Source: Sphyrna mokarran (taxonomy: Eukaryota). From it: a stretch of 64,000 nucleotides of DNA. Positions 39,901 to 51,712 of the stretch are shown piece by piece. Under the pieces are notes generated by a model. That model did no database searches and was not told where the DNA came from. It worked only from the letters and a program-made list of their open reading frames with translations. The translations under genes and the position numbers were made by a program. The stretch is taken from contig JAGIQG010000043.1 of the NCBI GenBank assembly GCA_024679065.1, forward strand, positions 1,860,001 through 1,924,000, given 5' to 3'. Positions within the stretch are counted from its first letter, which is position 1. Every line of letters starts with the position of its first letter.

Positions 39901-41610
39901 CTTTACATATGCCTTCTTCAACTGCCCGTGGGCTGTTGCGTTGCCTATAGTACACCCCTAGCATAGTAATTGCCCCCTTTCTATTCCTCAACTCCACCCA
40001 CAGTGACTCCACTCCTAACTCCTCTGTATTGTCCTCCCTCTGCACTGCCGTGATGCTCTCATTAACTAACAACGCCACTCCCCCAACTCTTCTGGACCCT
40101 CCTCTGTCACGCCTGAAACACTTATTAACAGGAATGTTCAGTTGCCACTGCTCCCCTTCCTTTAACCACGTCTCTGTCACTGCAACCACATCCAAGTTCC
40201 TCGCAAACATTAAGGCCCTAAGTTCATCCGTTTTTCCCGTTACGCTCCTCGCATTGAAACAGACACACTCCGGACCTCCAAGACCACTCGGAACCTCCTT
40301 CTCCCCGGTGCATCGCTTCTCATCCAAGCTTACTCTATCTCACATCTCGCTCTCTACCGAGATATCAGTCTCATCCCCTCCCCCCTCCATATTAGTTTAA
40401 ACCCTGCCGAAACACTCCAGCTAATCTCCCAGCTAAGATATTCACACCCTTCCCATTTAAGTGTTCCCCATCCCTTCCATACAGGTGCCCTTCTTTCACA
40501 AAGAATTCCCGGTTATCTACAAATACGAAACCCTCTGCCCTACACCAGTCCTTCAGCCACGCATTCAGCTGTAGGATCTCATTTCTCCTGGCTCCGCTAA
40601 TACCCGCGCCTGGAAGCAGACCTGAGATCGCCACCTTCGAGGCCCTGCTCTTCAGCCTACCCCCCAACTCCCTGAACTGCCTTCTTATATCCTCCCTGCT
40701 CTTCCTTCCTACATCCTTCTCTCCTACGTGAATAATCACACCCGCCTGGGCCCCCTCACCCTTCAAAAGGCCCTCTACCCTGTCCGACACATCTTCCACC
40801 CCTGCTCCAGGGAGGCAAACTACCATCCTGGAGTCCTGCCTTGGATCACGGAAGCGTCTATCTATTCCTTTAACCCTCCCATCCCCCACCATTAGCCTCT
40901 TTCCTCCCCTTTGAGGTATTCTGGTCCTCGTGCCTTGCCTTTTTTAACCCTCCGCCCTCGATATTTTGGGGGGCTGCCACTGGGGAAGTCTTTGGACTGT
41001 CTCCCCTCTCCTTTTTCCCCTTCCTGACAGTAATCCACCTGGAAGGGTCAGGTTCCACCCCCCACACCCCGCCACCCCGCCCCTTAGGCTCCGGGTCTGC
41101 TACGCTACTCTGCCTCCCTTCCACGATTGCCTCGTTCTCCCTGACTAAACATGCATCTGCCAACTGACGCTCTAGTTGCTTGACCCGAGCCCTCAGACGC
41201 TGCAGCTCCAAACACATGACGCATGCGTGGTCTTTCGGGAGAGGTCTCGCCCCAGGAACTCCCATACGTGACACCGCACACAGGTGAGGCGTCTTCCCTT
41301 CATCCCTGCCATTGTCTTGTACACCTTTGGAGGTATGAATTCCAGTGGAAAACCAGTAGCACACTGTGCCTAAGCCTGCTCTAGCCCAAGCCCCACGAGC
41401 CAAAGCCCTTATATTTCACTCTGCTTCCCTATTCACTCCGCTGCCCGCTCCCGACGCTGCCCGCTGTCTACTGCCACTTTCTTTTTATACTCCCCGGTGC
41501 CCTTCCTAGCTAGCCCCAGGACTAACTACAGCAGCAAAAAGCAGTCAAAAAGAGAGAGGGAAAAAAAGGCAAATTGAAAAAAATCACACTCAGCCACCAG
41601 TACTTCCAGT
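36918..41610 (-). mobile_element. Near full-length but defective CR1 LINE: ORF1 (Zn-finger/coiled coil + SGNH-esterase-like domain), ORF2 (APE endonuclease + RT), composite 3' UTR
   Basis: ORF1 pieces 40870-41403 (CVMC..LRARVKQLERQL) and 40392-40892 (CLPGA..IIHVGEKD..DGEHLN); endonuclease 39587-40327 (ETWL, GDFN, LDL, SDHN); RT pieces 37466-39161 broken by frameshifts and stops. Confidence 0.95.
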
Positions 41611-41763
41611 CACTCTGTCCCATAGAACAATGATTGAAGAGACTAATAATATAATTATGTATTGGACACAGAGACTCCAACCTGGGAATTCTGCCGGATG
41701 ATCGAGCCCTCCTCCAGCAGATTAACTAGTTTTGACTTCCCACAAAACGTGGAACAGATTGAA

Positions 41764-41769
41764 TTTATT
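41764..41769 (-). promoter_or_regulatory. Candidate polyadenylation signal of gene B
   Basis: AATAAA on the minus strand ~720 nt downstream of the stop codon. Confidence 0.4.
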
Positions 41770-42485
41770 GTTATGTATTGTTAAGCAACAATGAAGCTAT
41801 ATTGTTTAAAGAGTGAACCCACTTAGCCGCGTTATCAGACGGGAATACTGATTTTACATAATATTCATTCAGGATTAACTACCAATGTCCAATTGAATAT
41901 CCAGTACTAGGGTACATCTAGTTAAGGGTTGGGACACACTTAATCTCGCAGATTTCATATTCATGCAGTCGCAAACCAGTTGTCCACATGCCTGCTCAAC
42001 ACTTAATCCCATCTCCAACGCAAACAAACTCACCCTAAAAATGTCTCTGTGAATTAGCTGAAGAGCCGCCGGAAGCATATTTGTTCGAAACCCGTATAGA
42101 AACCGTAATCACGCAGCTTACATTTGGTATTCAAAACCTTTTTTTCAATATATGGTAACTCGGACACAGATCCATTTTGAAGTATTCCTTGCACAATTAC
42201 AATAGAAAATGCAGAATAGAATTTTAAAACCCGCTATGAAAAGTTAGAAGCATAGAGAGGTGAAATTGCACTGCAGGCGATATTCCATCTTAGAATGGTG
42301 GACATTAAGAGAAAGTTCATTTCCGCTTTGGTCGCCATCATAATATTGAGCCCCCAATCCGCCTGAGTTTGCACCGGCTGCACTTTCGGAATTCACCTTG
42401 CAAAAAGAAGAACGTTTCCGCAACATTGTAAATCCAGGAAACACACGGAGAGTTCTCTCTCTCTCTCTCTCTCATTATCCTTGTA

Positions 42486-42530
42486 TTAAAGTTTTAGATC
42501 CTCGTTAAAGGCCAAGCGAGCGTAAAGCGT
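42486..42530 (-). CDS. Gene B terminal coding exon TLYARLAFNEDLKL*
   Basis: Branch-point-like ctaac, acceptor cttttcatccacag, phase 0; encodes TxYxxL. An alternative in-frame acceptor would start the exon at 42548. Confidence 0.75.
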   Translation of the reverse strand, partial: TLYARLAFNEDLKL

Positions 42531-45500
42531 CTGTGGATGAAAAGCGATCTGTTAGCGTGATACACACCAGTATTATAGTGACAGGTGAGACCATTGAATC
42601 CCCCCAATCTTCTGCCTACCCCCACTTTATTCAATCGGTTCACGGCTGTAAGGTTACTCAACTCACAGTCACCTATCAATATTGAATAATATCAATTGAA
42701 TTAATCCATTCCCTAATATAAATCTATCTGTCGCACCTTTGGGATTTCCAATTGCCCAATATTCTGTATAGCTTTTTAGTGGACAGAATTCCGCCCCGCG
42801 TTCTGTGAAGAAGTGTTTCGAGTTGATTTATTATTGTCACATGTTAGCATGCATTGAAATGTAATGATTCTTGCCTAACATACAGATGAAGTGTATTGTG
42901 TATGGAGAATGAAAAGAGGTGCATTTTGTAGTGTTACAGTGATAGGTAAGCTGTAGAGAAATATTAACTTAATATGAGGCAGGTCCACTCTAATGTCTGA
43001 TAGCAGCAGGGAAGAAGCTGTCCTTGCGTGAAATCAGAATTACATATCTTTTTCCCAAAGGAAGAAGGTGGAAAAAAAACATATCCAAGGTGCATGGAGT
43101 CCTCGATAATGGTGGCTGTTTTTATAGAAAGATAGAAGATACCAGCAGGGAGAGGTCATTTGCACTTCGAGTCTGCTCCAGCATTCATTATAATCATGAC
43201 TGTTCGTCCAGCCCTATCGTCTAATTCTACTTTCTCCCTTCGCTCCTAAGTGCTGTATCCAGCCGCCCGTTGAATACATTCAATGCTTTGGCATCAACTA
43301 CTTCCCGTGGTAATGAATTCCACAGGCTCACCGAGTGAAGAAATGTCTCCTCACCTCCGTCCTAAATGGTCTATCCCAAAACCTCAAACAGTGATTCCTG
43401 ATTCTGGACTCCCTCCTCTATCGGGAACATCCTTCCTGTATCTACCCTGTTTAGCCCTGTTAGAATTTTATAAGTCTCTGTGAAATCCCCCCTCATTCGT
43501 CTGAACTCCAGTGAAAACAAATTTAACCAGTCAATCTCTCCTCATACATCAATCCCGCCATTCCTGGAATGAGCCTGGTGAATCTTCGCTGCACTCTCTC
43601 CAGGACCAGAATATTCTCCCAAAGTGAATGCATTTGGTATGTCTCCTGCTCTGTCCAAGACTACAAGAACTGGTCTAGTCCCATTATTCAAACCAGGCTC
43701 CCCTCCATTGACTCTGCCTATACGTCCCGTTGCCTCGGGGAAAAGCAGCCAACAGAATCAAGGACTCCCCTCCCCCACGCACTCCGGACATTCTGTCTTC
43801 CACCTTCTTCCGTCGGGAAAAAGACACAAAAGTCTGAGGTCAGATACCAACCTACTCAAGAACAGGTTCTTCCCTGCTGCTGTCAGACTTCTGAATGGAC
43901 CTAACTCGCACTAAGTTGATCTTTCTCGACACCCTAGGTATGACTGTAGCACTATATTCTCCACTCTCTCCTTTCCTTCTCAATGAACGGTATGCCTTCT
44001 CTGTATAGTGCGCAAGAAACAATACTTTTCACTGTATCCCAATACGTGGCAATAATAAACCTAATCGATGTACTCAATGAATGGTGTACTTTGCCTGTAC
44101 AGCGCACAAGGAATAATATTTTTCACTGTATCCCAATACATGGGACAATAATAAATCCAATCTATCTACTCTGTGAACGATATGCTTTGTCTGTATAATG
44201 TGCAAAAAACAATTCTTTTCACTGTATCCCAATACATGTGACAATCATTAATCAAATGTACTGTACTCTACGAACAGAATGCTTTGTCTGTGTAGCGCGA
44301 AAGAAACAATTCTTTTTTACTGTATCCCAATACATGTGACAACAATAAATCAAATCTATGTACTCCATGAATGGTATGCTTTGTATTTCGCGTAAGAAAC
44401 AATACTTTTCACTGTATCCCAATACACGTGACAATAATAAATCAAATCAAATCAAATCAAATGTTCCACGAATGAATTAAACAAAAAAGCTAACTTGAAA
44501 GAAATTATTCGGCCTCGAAGCTGTCTCTGTCTATGGAAGCCACCAGGTTTGTTGAGGTTTTCTAGAATTTTCCGTGTTAGTAATGAATTCTAAACCGCGG
44601 ATTAATAATTAATGAAAAGTATCAGTGTGGTATATTAAAAAAATAATTCCATTCACTCACCTCTTTATTCTGTTTGTGTTCTGTGGATTCTGTCAGTTCC
44701 TCATCACTGTTCGCGGTTCCTGTTAGAAAGGGGGATTTAAACTGAAATTTAAATGAATTAATTTCACACTGAACCCGCTCAGAATTATCAATAACTCGGT
44801 GATAGATGTGTGGACTGAGAGCGCCACGGATAACAGATTCCCCCAACAATCGCTACCTCTCTGCCGGTTCCTGCAGATCCTTCTTCCAGCCGCAAGGATC
44901 AACCCCAGAAGGAGAAGTGCCGCGGCCGACAAACCCCCGTAAAACAATAAATGACAGGTGAGCGAGAACGGAGAATCTGCAAAAAAACATTGAACTTTCA
45001 GTCAACAGGAATCAAGTGTGGAAATAATTAAACAAGCAAGGATCTTGTTCAATCTAACTGTCCAATTCGACCGGAAAATGATAAAAAATTTGTACAGTTT
45101 CCTATCATGCAATAGAGTCGCACATTTACGGTAGAGCGCAAAGCCAGGCAAAGAGAAATACTGACAGAGAGACTGAGGACATTTTGAGTAGAGCACACAG
45201 AGAGATGGAGGGAGAGAGTGGAAGATTCAGGCAGAGAATAATCATGTAATCCCATTGTACAGAAGAAGTCCATTCGGGCCATCGAGTCTGCACTACCCTA
45301 TCCCCGTCACCTCACGTATTTACTCTGCTAATCCTCCTGACTCTCAGCTCAATTTAGCATGGCCAATACACCTATTCCGCACACTTCGGGCACTAAAGGG
45401 CAATACAGCATGACCAATCCACTTAACCCACGTATCTTTGGACGCTAAAGGGCAATTTGTCATAGCTAATCTAACTAACCTACATATCTCCGATACTAAG

Positions 45501-48500
45501 GAGCAATTTACCATGGCTTATCCACCTAACTTACACATCCTTTGACATTAAGGGCAATTTACCATGGTTGATACACCCAGCCTTCACATCCTTTGACACC
45601 AAGGAGTAATTTACCATAGCTGGTCCACTTAACCTACACACCCGTTGAAACTAAGGGACATGTACCATGGCTGATCCACCTAACCGACACATACTTTGGC
45701 ACTAAGGGGCAAATTAGCACGGCCAATCCACTTAACCCGCACATCTTTGGAATTTGTGGGAAAACAGCAGCACCCGCGGGAAGGCCGATGTAATTGAATG
45801 GGATTGAAGTACTGGGAGGCGAAGGGATGAATAAACGGTTCATTGCTGTGCTGAGATAGAGAGCGACATTGGGAATATAATCACACATTTCAATTTTACA
45901 CACTGACAGATTGGTCCCTGACCTTCAGATGTGTCATGTTGTCTTAGCCAGATATAAGAAGGGGAAGAGGAGAAGAGGCCATTCGGCCTATCTCGTCTAA
46001 TCTGCCATCCAACATCATTATGCTTCACCATGTACATAAACTTCACTTCACCGCTCTTTCTCTTACTCATTAATCTATCCGCTCTCACAAATGTGTTTCA
46101 GTGATTGAACATCCACGGTTCATAACGGTAGCGAAGAAGAGGCAAAGTATCAGAAAATGAATCTGGGAGGATTATGATAGGACAGTGGATGCCCGCAGAG
46201 ACATTTGTAATTTATAAAGTTAGACGGCTTTTAGTAAAGTGTCCCGTTATTATTAAATAGATTGAAAAATAGTCATTGTGAATACCTTCCTGAGATGAGA
46301 AACTGTTACTGAGAATACTGTTACTGAGAATACTTTCACTGGAGTTGACCCGAACGGCGCAAGTACAGCGAGCGCCACTTCTCCAAGTTTCCGCCGGAAG
46401 ACTGATGTAACTCCTGACGGTGTAGGTCCCGTCTGGCTCCAGTGTGCCCGAATCGGTCCGTCCCTCGGTATCGCACCCCGAAACATTCCAGCGAACAGGA
46501 AAGGAAGCGGGAGACACGCCTCTGACCAGGCACATCAATGGGACCTTTTCCATGGCGGGAATCTCATCCAGTGGCGGGGTGAGGAGGAATATGGAGGGAG
46601 AACCCGCTAAATCCGGCAAATAAAACGGAAAATACTCATTAACTGGTGGAACAGAACACTTCAATTTTTCTGAGGTACCCACTGCAATAGACTATTAATG
46701 AGATTTACCTATAATCACTAATTTGGAGCCATTTCCGAATATTTGGACACTGTTTTGATGAATGTGCTTTGCACAGTAATACATCCCAGAGTCATTTGTT
46801 CTGGAATCCGCAATGATTAGTGAATAAAGACGCCCATTTTCAGAAATCTGGTTGGAAAATCTCCCGTCAGCTTGGCTGTTCTTGTAAGCGCTGTAAATGA
46901 AATCCATGCTGTTTCTCCCTCTCTGTCTGTACCAGAAGACAAAGCCAATAGCTTGACCCTGAATGCGGCAGCTGAGATTAACAGGACTCCCCGCAGGGAG
47001 AGTCTGAAACGGCGGGAACTGGGACACGGTGACCTGAGACATTGCAACTGGGAAAGAGAAAGAAAGAGAACAACCGTCACTTCAGGTTATGGAGCATTCC
47101 CTGAATCCTATATTGCAGAAAGAGGCCATTTGCTCCATCGAGTCTGCACCGATCACAATCCCCCCTAACCCTATTCCCGCAATATTTACACTTCTAATCC
47201 CCTGTTACGAAGGGGCAATTTAGCGTGGCCATTCAAACTAACACGCGCATCTTTGGACTTTGGGGGAAAGAGGAGCACCCGGAGGAATCCCACGGAAACA
47301 CGCAAACACGGAGAGAACGTGCAAGCTCTCCGCGGGAATCCGAGCCTGGCGCTGTGATGTGATAGTGTTAACCGACTGTGCCGCTGAGATGTTCCAGCAC
47401 TTCCTAATTTTGCTTCGTTTCTTCTCGTCCTCCGTTGACTTTGGGAGCTAAAGTCTGTTCAGAAATTTATAACTGACTCTGAAGTTCTACTTGAAAACCT
47501 TTCTCTCCCAAGTCGCCAATATTGTTAAGGAAGCCCATTCACACAGCATAGCTCAGGAGAAATGGAAAATCAGATTAATTCCATTCCAACCATTGTTATG
47601 AATCGACGTTGCATTTTCTCAGCAACATTTGATTCATTGTTAAGTTAAACTTGCACGCTAGATCACAACTTACAGAACTGCTGAAGCCCGGGGTGAGGGG
47701 ACCTTCGGCCCTTCCAATTTGAGTTGAACTTGTGAAAGATGTCACTAATATTATTGAATTTCACCCCTTTATATTTGTATCCACTTCACCCATTTTGAAA
47801 GTTCCATTTCCCCCGTTTGAAAGTTCCTGTTGGATCTGCTTCCTTCGCCCTTTGAGACAAAACTTTCCAGATCACAACAGCTCAGATGGGGGTTAAAAAA
47901 TCCCTTAATCTCCCTCTTTACTTTTACCAAATTCATATTCCCTTGTTTCCAGAAACTCCTGCCAATGGAATCAATTTCTGCCTCTTCGCTCTGTGCATAA
48001 TCTTCTCCGTTCTATCTGAATATAATGAGGATATCTCACCCTGGAAGAGATGGAACAATGCACAGATACCGAGGAAACCCATTGTCCTTGAGCGAGACCG
48101 TGAGACTCTGAGCCCCCGATTCAAATTTCACTGAGAACTCGCTCTTGTTCTCTCTGTGTGGGGGAGGAGTGAAATACCCGCACCTTGTATATGAATGAAA
48201 ATACGACAGGCGTTTGGAAATAGAACCGAGGTAGAGAGCTCTCTGCGGTTTTCCTGTTTACTACAGGTGCAGGTGCTGGCGAGCATTCGACATGTTCTCC
48301 AAAATGCCTCAAATATCTCACTCACATCAGCTACACCAGACATGGAGTGCAGAGCACCGCTCTTCCGAATCTGGTAAGGATTCCCAGGTAGTGGAAAAGG
48401 TTCAGTTAACATTTCATAACGAATGATACCAGAAATCAGAGCGTGCAACTGTCAGTGAGTCTTGAAGAGGTTGGAGCTCTTTATCTCTGAAAGAAATATT

Positions 48501-51500
48501 GTAAATTGAGGGCTGATCTACTGAAATATTTACAATTATGAAATGGTTCAACAAGGCAGAAGTAGGATTCCAAAATATTGCAGGATGAATGTGGTGCTCA
48601 GCAGGAATTCAGGGCTGAAATGTAAGTTGGAAGAATCGGGGGAATATAGAACTCGATTGCGTAGGGAATGCTTTTGATTTGATTTTATTTTATTTGATTT
48701 ATTATTGTCACATCTATTGGGATACAGTGAAAAACATTGTTCCTTGTTGCACTACATAGGCAAAGCATACCATTCATAGAGTGCATAGATTTGATTTATT
48801 ATTGTCACATGTATTGAGAGACAGTGAAATGTATTCTTTCTTGCATGCTACACAGACAAAGCATACCGTTCACAGAGTACATAGATTTGATTTATTTTAT
48901 CACATGTATTGGGATACATGAAAAGTATTGTTTTTTTGCGCGATATGCAGACAAAGCATACCTTTCATAGAGAAGGAAATGAGACTGTAGTGTCAGAATC
49001 ATCGCCAGGATGTAGAGAAAGTTCAACTTAATGCAGTGTGGTCCTATTTTTCGTTCTATGGTAATACATGTGACAATAATAAATGAAACCAAATCAAATT
49101 AAAATGTGCCAATTAATAAAAAAATTGCACTATTAAAGTCGTAATGATTATGGCGTTTTTCTTCTCACGACCCATTTTCCTTCTCACGACCGCTTGAGAC
49201 AAACGACAAAGTTGTATTTTAACTGGGTAGCTGGATAGACACAAAGGACAGAAAGGAGTAGAAGGATATGTTGATGGGTGATAGGAAGAAGGAATGGGAT
49301 ACCTCTGGAACATTAACAACAGCTGATAGGCCGAATTGTACCAATCTGTTCTGTGCTTTTTATGCAATTGTGTTAGAAAAACATGAAATCAAAGACATCC
49401 TTTGATACTCTGATATGTGAGCAGTTAGTGCTACCTCTATGTTTTACATGGGTTGCAACAGGGCGTAGTTGTTTCTATTTCAGAGAGATTACAGTCGCCC
49501 AGCTTAATGTTGAGGCAGTCCCGATCTTAGGATGTCCCCAGGTTCTTGGTAGCCGGTGATACGTCTTTGCAAGTGCACTTACTTTGAAATAAAGGTGATT
49601 CAGTCAGGTTCATGCAAAACAGGATGCTGAAAACTGACATTTGATAAATTCCTGATAAGTTAACACATGGAACCAGCAAACTCCTATTGTGAAGAAGGAG
49701 GGTCATTCATCCCGTTGAGCATGCACCACCAGCACACGCACCCAGGCGCTATCGCCTTGACCCCACATAATTAGCCTACTAATTCCCCTGACACTAAGGG
49801 ACAATTTAGCATGTCCAGTCCACCTAACTTTCACATCTTTATCCGCTAAGCTGCAATTTAGCATGGTCAATGCGGCGTCCTGCATATCTTTGGATAGTTA
49901 GGGACAATTTAACGTGGCCAATCCATGTAACCCACATATCTTTGGATAAGAAGGGACAACTGAGCATGGCCAACCAGAAAACTCACACATATTTGGCCAC
50001 TAAGGGGCAATTTTGCACGACCAATCCGAAAGTGCACATCTTAGGACACTAAGATGAAATTTAGCTAATAGATATGTATAAAATTTTGAAAGGCACAGAT
50101 AGGGTGAACAATGGGAAGCTTTTTCCCAGGTCGGAGGTGACGAGCACAAGAAGTCACAAGTTCAACGTGAAGGGGGGCAAGGTTCAACACAAATGTCAGG
50201 GGGCCCTATTTTGCACAGAGGATGGTGGGGGCCTGAAATGCACTGCCGAACAGGGTGGTTGAGGTGGACAAGCTGGGATTGTTTAAGACTTATCTAGATG
50301 AACAGATTGGGAATGGAGAGATACAAACGAATGGTCCAGCTGGGCATGTGAGCGGCGCAGACTTAGAGCGCCGAAGGGCATGGCCAATCACCTAACCAGC
50401 ACATTATTGGACATTGGCATTTAAACTTACAGTGTTCTAATTTACAGATCGTGCCCCAGACGCCTCAATCTCCATTTTTATTAATTCCTGTTGCTTCTTT
50501 TGACAAATCCTCTTAAACCAATGTCATGCAGCTCTCGATATTTTGCCTTTTTCCATAAATATATATTAGTTCTTTTTTATAGAAATGACAAATAGTGATA
50601 GAACACAGAAACAAACAAGGCTCTAAACTCAAAACTAAATAAAATTTGTTCTATTTAAGTTATTCTACATCCTTTACTTTAATATAGGCAATCTGAATAT
50701 AGCGAAAGTAAGAACGTTTATTTATCATTGCGGTTCTCGAAAGCCAGCATACCCTTTACTGGGTGAAAAACTTCCTTCATACTGACAAACAGGCCTATTT
50801 AAATAGCAGTTGCCTAGTTACCTGTTCTCTACCTTCCGAAAACTATCTCTATGTACGCTTAGTGATGGCACTTGCTGTCGACTGTATGATGGTCAGTTAA
50901 CATTCGTGATTAACCACTCCTGATTAATCTGTGTACTGGGACACACTACATTTCGTCCCCAACTACTAATAATCTATCATTGATCCCTTGAACAATAGGA
51001 TTGTCCTGCGATGAGAGGCTGGAAAAATGATATTTATATTCTCTGTTCTATATAAACATAAAAATTATGTGACATGCCAGGTCCGAAAGAATTTGATTCC
51101 CCCTTGGCTGGAAAATATGCCACATAACCTTAGGGTAAAGAAATTGCCATTTCAGAATCAGAGGAAAAGAATTTTCTGCGCCGAGAAGATAATGGATCTT
51201 TGGGATCTACCCAAGTGACCTGTCGATGTCCAGTAACTCATAACCCGGTCCCTGGTGCAGTGAGACAGCGGTGCTCTCCACTGTGTCACCGTGCCGCACA
51301 GGAACTTAGACAATGGAGTAAAAGTTAATGGCGACTGGCAGAAGCAGGATCAATGAATTTAATGCTGTTACTGGAAAATAGGAGCTCAAAGTATGGATCA
51401 AACACCTAGACTCCAAATTCAAATGTTAAAATTCAAAACACATTGTGTAAAAAGTATTTTGAATGGGAATAATTCACTCTGTTATGAAACAAGAAACGAG

Positions 51501-51712
51501 TTAGTATTTTTAAGTCACGAATATTAAAGGAGCATTTATTCAGATGTCTCAATCACACATTCCAGTAGAATCAGCCGCTTTAGTGAAATAGAGCCCTAAT
51601 TAGGATTCTGTTTAGAACATGGTTTTCTGTGGTACTTACTGCAAAGAGTCAACATGCACCACTCTAACAGGACGAAAACACTTATAAACTGCCGTTGGGT
51701 CAAATTTTTCAT
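42486..51712 (-). CDS. Gene B: intact non-rearranging VJ-C1-TM IgSF receptor with ITSM/ITIM-like tail (6 coding exons, ~318 aa)
   Basis: Exons 51712-51640, 47047-46709, 46606-46286, 44976-44857, 44719-44661, 42530-42486 are joined by GT-AG introns with compatible phases (1,1,1,1,0) and sum to 957 nt with no internal stop. Confidence 0.88.
43982..44461 (+). repeat. Five tandem ~95-bp copies of a Rex1-type LINE 3' tail
   Basis: Repeating atgaacggtatgctttgtctgtatagcgcgcaagaaacaatacttttcactgtatcccaatacatgtgacaataataaatc. Similar arrays at about 14268-14466 (+) and 48676-48968 (-). Confidence 0.85.
44661..44719 (-). CDS. Gene B exon 5, acidic cytoplasmic segment GTANSDEELTESTEHKQNKE
   Basis: Acceptor ctttctaacag, donor GAG|gtgagt, in frame. 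Confidence 0.82.
44857..44976 (-). CDS. Gene B exon 4, stalk Cys + transmembrane helix + basic stop-transfer
   Basis: tttttttgcag acceptor; DSPFSLTCHLLFYGGLSAAALLLLGLILAAGRRICRNRQR; donor G|gtagcg; phase 1-1. Confidence 0.88.
46286..46606 (-). CDS. Gene B exon 3, C1-set domain
   Basis: PSIFLLTPP...LMCLVRGVSP...VRW...DGTYTVRSYI...TWRSG..CTC is a C1-set pattern; 102-nt intron to the V exon; donor G|gtattc. Confidence 0.93.
46709..47047 (-). CDS. Gene B exon 2, V-set domain with germline J-like segment
   Basis: Long polypyrimidine acceptor (tctttcccag); VNLSC...FWYRQ...DSGMYYCAK...IFGNGSKLVI; donor G|gtaaat. Confidence 0.95.
51640..51712 (-). CDS. Gene B exon 1, signal peptide MKNLTQRQFISVFVLLEWCMLTLC
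   Basis: ATG in AAAATG context, hydrophobic core, strong phase-1 donor A|gtaagt matching the phase-1 V acceptor. Confidence 0.75.

Noticed and set aside
42244-42397. Alternative terminal exon for gene B (VNSESAAG...SLCF*)
   Set aside because: The nearer exon at 42530 has a better branch point and acceptor and encodes a YxxL like gene A. This region is more likely 3' UTR, although alternative splicing is not excluded.
46286-47047. Calling gene B a conventional Ig light chain or TCR chain
   Set aside because: It has a TM exon without the charged residues needed for CD3 assembly, a multi-exon tyrosine-motif tail and no RSS; light chains have no TM.
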